Shown in pieces: positions 27,738 through 37,127 of a stretch of DNA of 64,000 nt. The notes beneath the pieces were generated by a model. It saw only the letters and a list, made by a program, of their open reading frames with translations. It was not told the origin of the DNA and did not search any database. Every line of letters starts with the position of its first letter. Position 1 is the stretch's first letter. This DNA is from an uncultured marine group III euryarchaeote. GTDB lineage: Archaea > Thermoplasmatota > Poseidoniia > MGIII > CG-Epi1. Location: contig CACOJW010000002.1 of the NCBI GenBank assembly GCA_902627615.1, positions 26,971 to 90,970 of the forward strand, written 5' to 3'. The translations under genes were made by a program, and so were the position numbers.

Positions 27738-29245
27738 GTTTTAATTTCTTTCTTCTAATATTCATTCTGTTTGTGCTATTACCAGATTTATTGAATCGGT
27801 ATCATATTACAGTAAGAGCAGTTCAGGTTTCCTGCCCAAATATAAGAGAAATACTAAATCTTCTTTATGGTAAACTTCCAAGATACACATATTCGGCTGA
27901 ATTAGCCTTTATTATTTCATTATTATTAACCTATTTTGCAGTTAAATCAGAATTATCGTTTGCTTCATACTTACCATTGGTTACATTTGGATATATAGCG
28001 CATCTTAATTCAAAAGAGTTGTTTGATACTCCTTCGAATTCATTTATTACTATCCTCTCTTTTTTCATATTATATTCTTTCTTTGTTAAAGCTCTGGAGT
28101 TTGTTTTTATAGAGAGCAATTGGGACGTCGTATTCAAAAATCGAAGATTTATTTTTCTTGGCCCGTATTTTATCAATCCATACACTGGCGATGAAATTTG
28201 GAGATTCTGGCCTCCTTTCTATGTTTTCTTAGTTATATTTTGCGCAGGTTATGGAACATTATCCGAAAGTAAAGTAAAGTTTTTGCTTCCATATTCGATT
28301 TTCTGTTTGGCTTTAATATTCTTAATTGGTTATGATTCAGATTATTATTCTTATAAAAATGGAATGAAAATAAGTAATAGAAATTATGAAGCTACTGAAT
28401 CCCTTTTTCTTTTAGCAGGCGCTCTCATCTTAGGACTAATTTCTTATTTATTGATGCACCAAAGATGTAAGATTTTAGAAGAGTTTCAAGTTAATTACAT
28501 TCAACAAGTTCTAATTCTATCATCTTTCCTTTCGTTTATTGGGATGCTTTTCTTACTGGATCCGCCAGGTGATGAGGGTGTAAAGCCTTCATACTGGGGT
28601 GGTTTCGTATTGAATCTTATTTTTGCATTTGGTTCTTTAGTTATCGGGTTTGGAATCGGCATTGCTCTTGCTTTTGGAAGGCGTAGCAGTCTTCCTGTAT
28701 TTTATGTTCCCTCGGTAGCTATCATAGAATTATTTCGGTCTGGTCCTCTAGTTGCTTGGTTATTTTTTGCCCAATTTTTAGTACCTGATTTATTTAATCC
28801 AGTATGGGAAGCCGATATAGCCTCAAGAATCATATTTGTGTTTGCTTTGTTCTTTGGCTGTTATTTAGCAGAAATACTGAGAGGAGGTTTGCAGACAGTT
28901 CCTCATGGCCAGTTTGAAGCAGCTACAGCATTAGGTTTATCTCCCACACAAATCAAACTTAGAATTCAATTACCGCAGGCTATTAGGACTACATTGCCAG
29001 CTATTGTAGGACAAATGATTGCTATGTTAAAAGATACATCATTAGTATATTTCTTTGGAGTTTATGATGCGTTTAAAGCAACAAAAGATATTCCTAGCCA
29101 AAGGGATTTTCTTGCAGAATATGAAGAACCATTGGTTTTTGTAGCCTTTTTATTCTGGGCAGTAGCTTACTACTTGTCCCGACTTACGACAAAAATCGAG
29201 AAAAATCTAGGTTTAGATAATGAAGGAGGCGCCGGAAGAACATGA
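27734..29245 (+). CDS. aapM: Amino acid ABC transporter permease (AapM/BztC family), N-terminally extended
   Basis: [48 protein letters not shown]. Confidence 0.87.
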   Translation: MSFNFFLLIFILFVLLPDLLNRYHITVRAVQVSCPNIREILNLLYGKLPRYTYSAELAFIISLLLTYFAVKSELSFASYLPLVTFGYIAHLNSKELFDTPSNSFITILSFFILYSFFVKALEFVFIESNWDVVFKNRRFIFLGPYFINPYTGDEIWRFWPPFYVFLVIFCAGYGTLSESKVKFLLPYSIFCLALIFLIGYDSDYYSYKNGMKISNRNYEATESLFLLAGALILGLISYLLMHQRCKILEEFQVNYIQQVLILSSFLSFIGMLFLLDPPGDEGVKPSYWGGFVLNLIFAFGSLVIGFGIGIALAFGRRSSLPVFYVPSVAIIELFRSGPLVAWLFFAQFLVPDLFNPVWEADIASRIIFVFALFFGCYLAEILRGGLQTVPHGQFEAATALGLSPTQIKLRIQLPQAIRTTLPAIVGQMIAMLKDTSLVYFFGVYDAFKATKDIPSQRDFLAEYEEPLVFVAFLFWAVAYYLSRLTTKIEKNLGLDNEGGAGRT

Positions 29246-29985
29246 GTGAAGAATCCATAATCCAAACTAAAGACGTGACAGTATCATTTGGAGATTTTCA
29301 GGCACTCAAGGGAATAAATGTAGATATTAAACAAGGAGAAATTATAGTTGTCTTAGGTCCTTCAGGTTCAGGTAAATCGACATTTATCAGGACATTGAAC
29401 AGATTGCAACCCCACGATGGAGGAGAGATAGTAGTCGATGGTATTCAAATTAATGAAGATACAACAGTTTCAGATTTGAAGCAACTTCGTTCAGACATTG
29501 GCTTCGTATTTCAACAGTTTAACCTTTTCCCCCACATCACAGTCCTTGAAAATATTGCTCTCGCACCTCAGAAAGTCAGAGGAATGTCCAAAGAAGAGGC
29601 CGAAGAAGTTGCAATGAAATTATTGGAAAGAGTAGGTATTCCAGAACAAAAAAACAAATATCCAGCAGCACTTTCGGGAGGTCAACAGCAAAGGGTGGCT
29701 ATAGCACGAGCACTGGCTATGGATCCAAAGATTATGTTGTTTGACGAGCCCACATCAGCTTTAGATCCAGAAATGATTAAAGAGGTCTTAGATGTAATGA
29801 TAGATTTAGCTAAACGAGATATTACAATGATCGTAGTTACACATGAAATGGGCTTTGCTAAAGAAGTTGGAGATCGTATTATGTTCTTTGATGAAGGGCA
29901 TTTAGTCGAAGAATCAACTCCAGATGTTTTCTTTGATAATCCCAAAGAAGATAGAAGTAAATTATTCCTGGAACAAATTCTTTAA
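29242..29985 (+). CDS. aapP: Polar amino acid ABC transporter ATP-binding protein (AapP/GlnQ family)
   Basis: [35 protein letters not shown]. Confidence 0.95.
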   Translation: MSEESIIQTKDVTVSFGDFQALKGINVDIKQGEIIVVLGPSGSGKSTFIRTLNRLQPHDGGEIVVDGIQINEDTTVSDLKQLRSDIGFVFQQFNLFPHITVLENIALAPQKVRGMSKEEAEEVAMKLLERVGIPEQKNKYPAALSGGQQQRVAIARALAMDPKIMLFDEPTSALDPEMIKEVLDVMIDLAKRDITMIVVTHEMGFAKEVGDRIMFFDEGHLVEESTPDVFFDNPKEDRSKLFLEQIL

Positions 29986-29986
29986 C

Positions 29987-30469
29987 TTACAATTCTCGAG
30001 GCAGAAGTAATTCTTCTAAATTCCAATTTCCAGGTTTTTTCCACGATTTTGAATTATCCTTTATTGTAAGTAATGCAGTTGCAGCAGTAGGCATTCGATG
30101 CCATTCTCCACACAAATGTTCAAGAAAGTCGGCACAGCCAGGATTATGGCCAAGTATCATAATTGTTTCATAGTTTAATTCATCTGGAATATTTTTCATA
30201 ATTTTTTTTGGTTTACTGTGATAAAATTTCCGAGAGTATTTTACATCAACGTTTTTTATGTATTTATTCATTCTTTTCCAAGTTTCTTTAGTTCTAGCAG
30301 AATCACTGGAAAATAATTTGTTAGGGATCCATTCTAATCTCATTAGTTCTTTAGCAATTTTTACAGATGCTTTTCTTCCTCTTTTTTTCAAAGGCCTCTC
30401 ATGATCAGATAGGTCAGGATATTTCCACGAACTCTTAGCGTGTCTCATCAAAATTAGTTTTGATATCAT
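29987..30469 (-). CDS. sixA: SixA-like histidine phosphatase
   Basis: LILMRHAKSSW, DHERPL, SS.A.R..ET, LGHNPG, MPTA. Confidence 0.85.
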   Translation of the reverse strand: MISKLILMRHAKSSWKYPDLSDHERPLKKRGRKASVKIAKELMRLEWIPNKLFSSDSARTKETWKRMNKYIKNVDVKYSRKFYHSKPKKIMKNIPDELNYETIMILGHNPGCADFLEHLCGEWHRMPTAATALLTIKDNSKSWKKPGNWNLEELLLPREL

Positions 30470-31452
30470 TTTTTGTCTTTTTTTGCAGAATAGTTTATTG
30501 TTGCTTCAGAGATATCTGTAGAATATGCTATCGTCCTCATAATTGCATCAATAGCTATTGAAAATTCCAGCGGATGTTCCATTTCTTTTTTGTATTTATT
30601 CTCGAAATATGTTCTGGCTTTTTGCATAGTTTTCTTCCCTTTATCTATATTATTTGTGGCTTTACGCGGTTCGTTATTGATGAAACTTTTCATAGCTTCT
30701 TTCATAATGTACTCAGCATCTTTTGCTAACGGCAACATTTTCCTTCCAGGGATTAGTCCAGCAACGTATCCTATTTCGGCAAGCCTACATGCATGATCCG
30801 CAATTCTCTCAAGATAGCGCGCTACATTTGAATAAATTACACCTTCAAAAGAAGTGGCCTGAAGTGGCCTTGATAGGCTCGAGTCTTCAAGCATCATGTT
30901 AAATTGTCTCTCAATAAACCATTGTAGCTTATCAGCTTCTTTATCTCTATCAACAACATCAGCAGCCAATTCCTTTGACCCTTCTAAAATTAATATGGAA
31001 TCGCTGTACATTGCGTTAACAATTTTGTATAATCGTTTTATTGCAGTCCTTAGAGGCAAAGCGCCTGGATTTGACATATCATTTAAAATGGCGATAGTGG
31101 CTTCTTCTTCTATTATTTCTAAGCCAATAACACTTGCGGAAAATTTACGTATGGTCTTTCTTTCCTTAACTGTAAGTCTGGGGTTTCCTACAACTTTTAT
31201 TTCTGTCGCTCCTGCTAAATAAACTCCGATTAAGTCTCTGAACAGGTGCTGGCTTTCTTCGTTATTACAAGTTACAGTTGATATTTTTTTCTTAATGTTG
31301 TAATTTCCTGGGTCGATAGTCATAGTACCGTCAGGCTGTTTTATCAATCGTACTTCTGAACCTGTTTTTAGGTTATTTTTCTTAATCCATTTTTTTGGTA
31401 GTGAAACGATTAGTGTAGATCCTCCAGTTTTTTGTAATTTACGACTTTCCAT
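30466..31452 (-). CDS. phoU: Archaeal phosphate uptake regulator (AbrB N-terminal domain plus PhoU domains)
   Basis: RKLQKTGGSTLIVSLPKKW AbrB domain; GLEIIEE; YLERIADHA PhoU motif. Confidence 0.92.
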   Translation of the reverse strand: MESRKLQKTGGSTLIVSLPKKWIKKNNLKTGSEVRLIKQPDGTMTIDPGNYNIKKKISTVTCNNEESQHLFRDLIGVYLAGATEIKVVGNPRLTVKERKTIRKFSASVIGLEIIEEEATIAILNDMSNPGALPLRTAIKRLYKIVNAMYSDSILILEGSKELAADVVDRDKEADKLQWFIERQFNMMLEDSSLSRPLQATSFEGVIYSNVARYLERIADHACRLAEIGYVAGLIPGRKMLPLAKDAEYIMKEAMKSFINNEPRKATNNIDKGKKTMQKARTYFENKYKKEMEHPLEFSIAIDAIMRTIAYSTDISEATINYSAKKDKK

Positions 31453-31482
31453 AATTTTTTGGTTTCCTTTGTGCTCACTAAA

Positions 31483-31499
31483 ATATATAGGCTATATAT
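31483..31499. promoter_or_regulatory. Palindrome ATATATAG-G-CTATATAT in the phoU/pit divergent promoter
   Basis: Perfect 8-bp arms in a very AT-rich intergenic region of about 90 bp. Confidence 0.45.
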
Positions 31500-31531
31500 A
31501 ATATTTAGTATATATTTATTTAGGTGCAGTT

Positions 31532-32977
31532 TTGAAGGCAGACATGTTTGGACTGGATATAATGATTTTTCTTGCAATATTGATCGCAGGATACATGGCT
31601 TGGAACATCGGGGCAAATGATGTTGCCAATGCTATGGGAACAAGTGTCGGTAGTGGAGCTTTAACTTTTAGAAATGCTATAATTGCAGCAGCGGTTTTTG
31701 AATTTTTAGGGGCTTTCTTTGCAGGAGATGCAGTAACAGATACAGTAAGAAAAGGAATCTTAAATTTTGAAGAAGCTGATTTAGAAAAATATTCTACCGA
31801 ATTGAAATATGGATTTATTGCAGCTATGTTTGCAGCAGCTTTGTGGTTGACAGTTGCAACAAAATATGGTTTACCTGTGTCCACTACTCATAGCATAGTT
31901 GGAGGAATCCTTGGTATTGGAATATATGTTGCACCAGACAACGTAGATTGGGAAGTGGTGACCAAAATTGTGATGAGTTGGGTAGCATCACCTTTGCTTG
32001 GAGGAATTTTAGCGTACACAACATTTGTAATTGTTAAGAGAGTAATTATGGATGCAGAAGATCCTATTGAAAGATCTAGGATAATGGCACCAATTTTGGC
32101 TCTTCCCACATTTTTTGTCCTCGGTTTAGCACTTCAATATAAGGCAATGAAAGGAATGATTAAACGCCTTGATTCCGAAGGATTTTTAGACAAGGCAGAG
32201 TGGTTGCCAGCTAGCGAAGGTACAACATTTAACATTTTTGAAGAAGGTGCTTGGTTACCTTTGTATTCTCTTCTCCTAGCCCTATTCATAGGAATTGTAG
32301 CTAGCGGTGTACTCTATTGGATCTTAAGGGAATATGAATTTGATGAAGAAGGATATCAGGGCGTAGAGAAAATTTTTGTATGGTTGCAAGTTATTACAGC
32401 TTGTTACGTAGCTTTTGCTCATGGAGCAAATGATAGAAGTAATGCCATCGGTCCGATGGCCGCAGTATGGCAAATACATGAACAGGACGTCCTTCAGTCT
32501 GAGGCAGCAATACCAACATGGTTGATTCTTTTAGGAAGTGCAGGTATTACGCTTGGAGTAATGACCTGGGGAGCCAGAGTAATGGTGACTGTTGGTAAGA
32601 AAATTACCCATATTACACCAACAAGAGGTTTTGCAGCTGAGTTTGGAGCGGCCACAACAGTTTTAATTTTTTCAATGCCTTTCCTAGCAGTTCCTATCTC
32701 CACAACACACACCCTTATTGGCTCTGTAGTTGGGGTAGGTTTGGCAGGTGGTACGGCTTCTGTAGACTTCAAAGTATTCGGAAGGATAGCTGCGAGTTGG
32801 GTTGCCAGTATACCTGCAGCAGCCATTGGCTCGATTGTGCTGTACATGATTTTTGGACTGGATGAAACAAGATTTATCATATCAGTTGCAATAATTTTAT
32901 CAACAATAATTTGGCTGTTATACAATGCAATTGTAACCGAGCTAAAGTCTGATATAAGGTCAGAGGCTGAAGGTTAG
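31532..32977 (+). CDS. Inorganic phosphate transporter (PiT family)
   Basis: GANDVANAMGTSVGS, PVSTTHS, HGANDRSNAIGP, PISTTH. Likely start is ATG at 31544. Confidence 0.95.
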   Translation: MKADMFGLDIMIFLAILIAGYMAWNIGANDVANAMGTSVGSGALTFRNAIIAAAVFEFLGAFFAGDAVTDTVRKGILNFEEADLEKYSTELKYGFIAAMFAAALWLTVATKYGLPVSTTHSIVGGILGIGIYVAPDNVDWEVVTKIVMSWVASPLLGGILAYTTFVIVKRVIMDAEDPIERSRIMAPILALPTFFVLGLALQYKAMKGMIKRLDSEGFLDKAEWLPASEGTTFNIFEEGAWLPLYSLLLALFIGIVASGVLYWILREYEFDEEGYQGVEKIFVWLQVITACYVAFAHGANDRSNAIGPMAAVWQIHEQDVLQSEAAIPTWLILLGSAGITLGVMTWGARVMVTVGKKITHITPTRGFAAEFGAATTVLIFSMPFLAVPISTTHTLIGSVVGVGLAGGTASVDFKVFGRIAASWVASIPAAAIGSIVLYMIFGLDETRFIISVAIILSTIIWLLYNAIVTELKSDIRSEAEG

Positions 32978-32979
32978 AG

Positions 32980-33642
32980 ATGAAATTCTTTGAAAGCAGA
33001 ATTGGACCTAGCGTTTTCAAATCATATTACAAGCATGCTGAAAGTGTTTTTGAGACAGTTGAAAATATGAATGCTTCTGTTAAAGCAGCATGTGATGGTG
33101 AAGATATAGTACCACACATCAAAGCAACGTCAGAATCCGAACTTAAAGCAGATAAGATTAAAAACGAAATAAGAGATGTCTTGAGAGGCAGCGTTCGTTT
33201 AGCTATTGACAAATTAGTTTTTCTTGATTTAGTTTCTAGGCAAGATAGAATTGCAGATTATGCAGAAAATGTAACGGAAATTTTATCATTTAGAAATTTA
33301 TATGAAAATAAAGAAGCCCAGTCTTTGGTTCTAGAGTTAGCAGATTCAGTCACATCTACAGTCGAGGAGTATCGTAAAACAGTAGAGAGGTTTGAGTATC
33401 TTTTAGAATCAGCATTTTCAAATAAAGAAAAAGACATAATGCACGAACATATTGCTAAGGTTAATGATTTAGAGCACCAAGCAGATTTAGTAGAAGCTAA
33501 AGCTGCAGCCTATGTTTTTTCTAACGGCGATGATCAACCTTTGGCAGCAGCACATATGTATCGATTGATTCAGAGACTTGATGATGTCGCCAATGCAGCA
33601 GAAACTGCAGCCAATAGTCTTCTACCAATAATTTCAAAGTAG
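32980..33642 (+). CDS. DUF47/TIGR00153 PhoU-like PiT accessory protein
   Basis: E..AD.IK, QDRIADYAE, LEHQAD, LDDVANAAE; directly follows pit. Confidence 0.88.
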   Translation: MKFFESRIGPSVFKSYYKHAESVFETVENMNASVKAACDGEDIVPHIKATSESELKADKIKNEIRDVLRGSVRLAIDKLVFLDLVSRQDRIADYAENVTEILSFRNLYENKEAQSLVLELADSVTSTVEEYRKTVERFEYLLESAFSNKEKDIMHEHIAKVNDLEHQADLVEAKAAAYVFSNGDDQPLAAAHMYRLIQRLDDVANAAETAANSLLPIISK

Positions 33643-33668
33643 GTAAACATTATTTGGCCACTCCTTGA

Positions 33669-34364
33669 ATGGTTAATATGAATCTCGAAGTCCCGTTGTA
33701 TACTCAGTCCATGGATTTTAGTTGTGGTTCAGCTTGTGTAGCAATGGCTCTGAAATATTTTAATTTTGTTAGTAATATGGATAGAGATCTTGAAGTTGAG
33801 CTATGGAGAGAAACGAATGCTGTCGAGATGAAAGGTGCAGGCAGATATGGCGTTTGTGCTCCACTTTCTGTTAGAGGCCTCCACCCACACATCATAACAG
33901 ATAATCCTGATTTAGGGCTTATTGAAAGGGCCAAAACATATGTCAAGTCTAATGGTGGAAATGAAAATTATCTTATTTTCTTCCATGACATGCAAAAAAG
34001 AGTATGCGCACTTAATGGAACCACTCAAGAGATCAGAAAGCCAACATTAGAGGATATTCGTGAGGCAATTCAAACAGATAGAATTTGTATTGCACTAGTT
34101 TCTACAATAATCTTTGAGGAAGAAGATGAAGACATTCCACATTGGATTGTCATCACCGGGGAAGATAATGGAATTCTGACGGTAAATAACCCAATTGATG
34201 AAGATACAGCAAAATCTCATCGACCTATCTACTTTGAAGATCTTTACACTAATGTTGAAATGTATCAAGAAACAACGTTGATAACAGTCGGCAAGAAAGC
34301 TCTTGAAAAAGAATTAGTCCCTGAGCCGGAATTATCCACAAAATACCTAGAATATGTTCGTTGA
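33669..34364 (+). CDS. Peptidase C39-like cysteine protease (DUF3335-like)
   Basis: YTQSMDFSCGSAC, E.ELWRE, PHWIVITG, NNP. Confidence 0.75.
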   Translation: MVNMNLEVPLYTQSMDFSCGSACVAMALKYFNFVSNMDRDLEVELWRETNAVEMKGAGRYGVCAPLSVRGLHPHIITDNPDLGLIERAKTYVKSNGGNENYLIFFHDMQKRVCALNGTTQEIRKPTLEDIREAIQTDRICIALVSTIIFEEEDEDIPHWIVITGEDNGILTVNNPIDEDTAKSHRPIYFEDLYTNVEMYQETTLITVGKKALEKELVPEPELSTKYLEYVR

Positions 34365-35723
34365 AAGGTAGTAATACATTAGGTAAATACCTATCACTAT
34401 CATAATGATTCCACCAGTCATTTCTATTTGGCGAGTTGAGGCTTTCATTCTATCAACAATTGTAGTTTCAGATGCAGCCACCATCATTGTGAAAGCCACC
34501 ATCAAGATTCCAGCAGTCATTGCGAAAATTAAGAAAACTAGTAGTCCCGTTATTATTCCTTGACTAATACTTGCAGTTAACAGCCCTATTACGACAGGAG
34601 CCACACATCCTGCAGCTGCAGATCCGTAAGCAACACCATACCAGAATAGACCAATTCGAGTTCCGTCTGAATTATCTGAGAAACTGAAGTCTTTTCCTGT
34701 TGTGGCTTTAATTCCTTTTTCTATTCCTTGTTTAGCCATAAGTGCAGGGGCCGAACTTCCTATTTGGGCTACAAGTTTACGGAATGGCTGGACTATCTTC
34801 TCAGAATCATATTCCATTACCATCACAACACCTAATCCAGTAAGTACTATTCCAATTAACAATTCTAAATGTCCTAATAACCCTCCAATAACACTCACAA
34901 ATGGAATCAGTAATATTCCAATCAATAGCAAAACTCCTGCCAAACCTGCCGCAGCAGCCAATCCATCAGGCAATGTTTCTCTTGCAGCGGTTTCATCAAA
35001 TTTACCAGTTCGTTGCTTCTTGTTTGCTAAGTAAAAAGACATGTATCCGGGAAGCATAGGAAATGAGCATGGAGAGAAGAAAACCATCACTCCAGCACCC
35101 ACTGCAAATAAATAAATTGAAGATTCTTTTAGATTAACAACGCCGCCTTGACCAGTAAGTGCTTTATCAACTTCATTGCTTAGTTCACTTTCAGAGATAG
35201 GGCCAACATGAGAATAGGTGATTTTCCCTTCTTTATCTATGATGAATATTTTAGGAGTTCCAATAACATTGTAGTCTATCTCAATATCTCCATTTGAATC
35301 TCCAAGTGCATGTCTCCAATCATGTTCTTCAGCATAATTCCTCAATTTAGTTTCATCATCGTTACCAAAAACACTAACAGAGACTATTGCAATATCATCC
35401 TCGTCCATATAACCAGAATAAGGTCCTAAAGCTTCCTTTACGAATTTCTCACATGGTACACAAGTACTGAACATAAAATCGAGAATTACTACTTTCTCAC
35501 CTTCGTAATCAGATAAGGAGAAAGTTACACCCTCAGTATCTTTTAGTGTAAAATCAGGAGCCTCATTATCTCCTCCAATCATACCGTATAGTACAATTGC
35601 TAAAATAAGTATTACACCAGTTCCAATAGCAAATAGAACTTTATTTTCTAGTATAGAGTTGTACCAATCACTTTGATTAATATTCTCTATGAATACATCC
35701 CAATTAGTTTTTTGCTTAGCCAC
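34347..35723 (-). CDS. Redoxin (TlpA-like, CVPC) fused to a CcdA/DsbD-type transmembrane domain
   Basis: TM, APDFTL...LSDY.G, FSTCVPC, GTPKIFIIDKEG; then FFSPCSFPMLP and AAGCVAP paired membrane cysteines. Confidence 0.88.
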   Translation of the reverse strand: MAKQKTNWDVFIENINQSDWYNSILENKVLFAIGTGVILILAIVLYGMIGGDNEAPDFTLKDTEGVTFSLSDYEGEKVVILDFMFSTCVPCEKFVKEALGPYSGYMDEDDIAIVSVSVFGNDDETKLRNYAEEHDWRHALGDSNGDIEIDYNVIGTPKIFIIDKEGKITYSHVGPISESELSNEVDKALTGQGGVVNLKESSIYLFAVGAGVMVFFSPCSFPMLPGYMSFYLANKKQRTGKFDETAARETLPDGLAAAAGLAGVLLLIGILLIPFVSVIGGLLGHLELLIGIVLTGLGVVMVMEYDSEKIVQPFRKLVAQIGSSAPALMAKQGIEKGIKATTGKDFSFSDNSDGTRIGLFWYGVAYGSAAAGCVAPVVIGLLTASISQGIITGLLVFLIFAMTAGILMVAFTMMVAASETTIVDRMKASTRQIEMTGGIIMIVIGIYLMYYYLSTNIF

Positions 35724-35733
35724 CTAGTTACAC

Positions 35734-37074
35734 CTAGTTTTTTCGTCGATTTAATCCAATAAATAGAGCACACAGGATTCCAATAATCCCGAGTCCGGGA
35801 GAATCTTGTTCATTATTTCCAGTTCCAGTACCTTCGAATTGCTTAGCTTCACTGGCTGCAAAACCTTGTTTTCCGTCAACCAACAAAATTCGATACCAAA
35901 CAGGATCTCCGTCACTAAATTCAATAGATGCAGAAGCTACATTATTTTCATCTATTTCCATAGGCATTACTCCCCAAGCTTCATCATTGTATGAACCATT
36001 ATGGAAATTATAAATTATATAAGCTGAACCGATTCCATCTTCATCTTCAAGAGTGGCACTAACTTTAGCTACGCTTCCTTCTAGCTTTTCATCATAACTA
36101 ACAACTTTTGGAGGCTCGTTTTGCTCGTCATATGCAGTTGATTCAGGAGTTGCTGAATTAGCAGCTCTTGGGGTATCTGCTGCGTTGCCCGTTTTTCCAG
36201 ATGAAGTAGTTCTGGAAGTATCATCATTGTCGTATACTACAGCTACAACAGAAATTTTGGCAGGATTGATTGGTGTAAGAATAGGATGTTCACCTTCTTG
36301 GGGATTTCCATCATGATCTTCGTGACCACTTGGATACATAATTGTTTCAGGAATTATCCATTCAACTTCATTACTCCAGGTTTCACCAGGTAATAGTTCA
36401 ACTTGAGCATTATGAAGAGCCGTTTCTCTGAAAACGTTGTGAGTCATAACTTCTTTATCTTCGACAGAACTCCAAGCCATGATGTCATCTTCAACTACAA
36501 ACAAGTAAACGCTTGAATCAAGTTGATCAGGATCAGTTGGAAGGCGAATGCCTCCTTCACCCAAATAAGTTAAGTTTACAGTAAATACAAATCGGTCTTC
36601 CCTAAATTCTTGCCAGACCCTTAGTTCTGTTGGTTTAACCTCTCTTTCACCACATTCAAAATAATGATCTTTGTAAGTATCATAAGTACCGTCTCCACCA
36701 CCTAATTCTTCGATGTATCCTCCATCAAATTGAGCATCAGGAGTACCCTGCACTGAGTAATGGTTGTAACGGTCTTTAGCTTCTTGACTAGCAAATTCAT
36801 CATCTGATCCACCATTTATTTGGTGAAATGATACAAATGTTACAGGGTGAGAAGGATCTTCTCGAAATTCTTTCCATAGTTTTGCCACATCTGGGTCAAT
36901 ACCCATACATGGAGGGCAGCCTAAGCTGGTAAATTGCTCCATGAGAGGCCTGTGAGTCCATCCGTTAGGATATTCATCTGGTTCAGTATTGCTAGCCCCG
37001 GTAGGAATTGAAATTGATGAAATAACAAATATAAAACAAACAGCTATGGTTAGTAAATTTAGTCTCTTGCTCAC
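35734..37074 (-). CDS. Secreted Omp28-like thioredoxin-fold protein (CPPC) with a PGF-CTERM-like anchor
   Basis: EQFTSLGCPPC, YSVQGTPDAQFDG, VVED...HNVFR; C-terminal SPGL-TM-RRKN; GTG start preceded by AGGTGA. Confidence 0.75.
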   Translation of the reverse strand: MSKRLNLLTIAVCFIFVISSISIPTGASNTEPDEYPNGWTHRPLMEQFTSLGCPPCMGIDPDVAKLWKEFREDPSHPVTFVSFHQINGGSDDEFASQEAKDRYNHYSVQGTPDAQFDGGYIEELGGGDGTYDTYKDHYFECGEREVKPTELRVWQEFREDRFVFTVNLTYLGEGGIRLPTDPDQLDSSVYLFVVEDDIMAWSSVEDKEVMTHNVFRETALHNAQVELLPGETWSNEVEWIIPETIMYPSGHEDHDGNPQEGEHPILTPINPAKISVVAVVYDNDDTSRTTSSGKTGNAADTPRAANSATPESTAYDEQNEPPKVVSYDEKLEGSVAKVSATLEDEDGIGSAYIIYNFHNGSYNDEAWGVMPMEIDENNVASASIEFSDGDPVWYRILLVDGKQGFAASEAKQFEGTGTGNNEQDSPGLGIIGILCALFIGLNRRKN

Positions 37075-37127
37075 ACTATCACCTTGAACTAATATCCTAC
37101 AGCACGTATTTTACACTTTTGCTCTTT

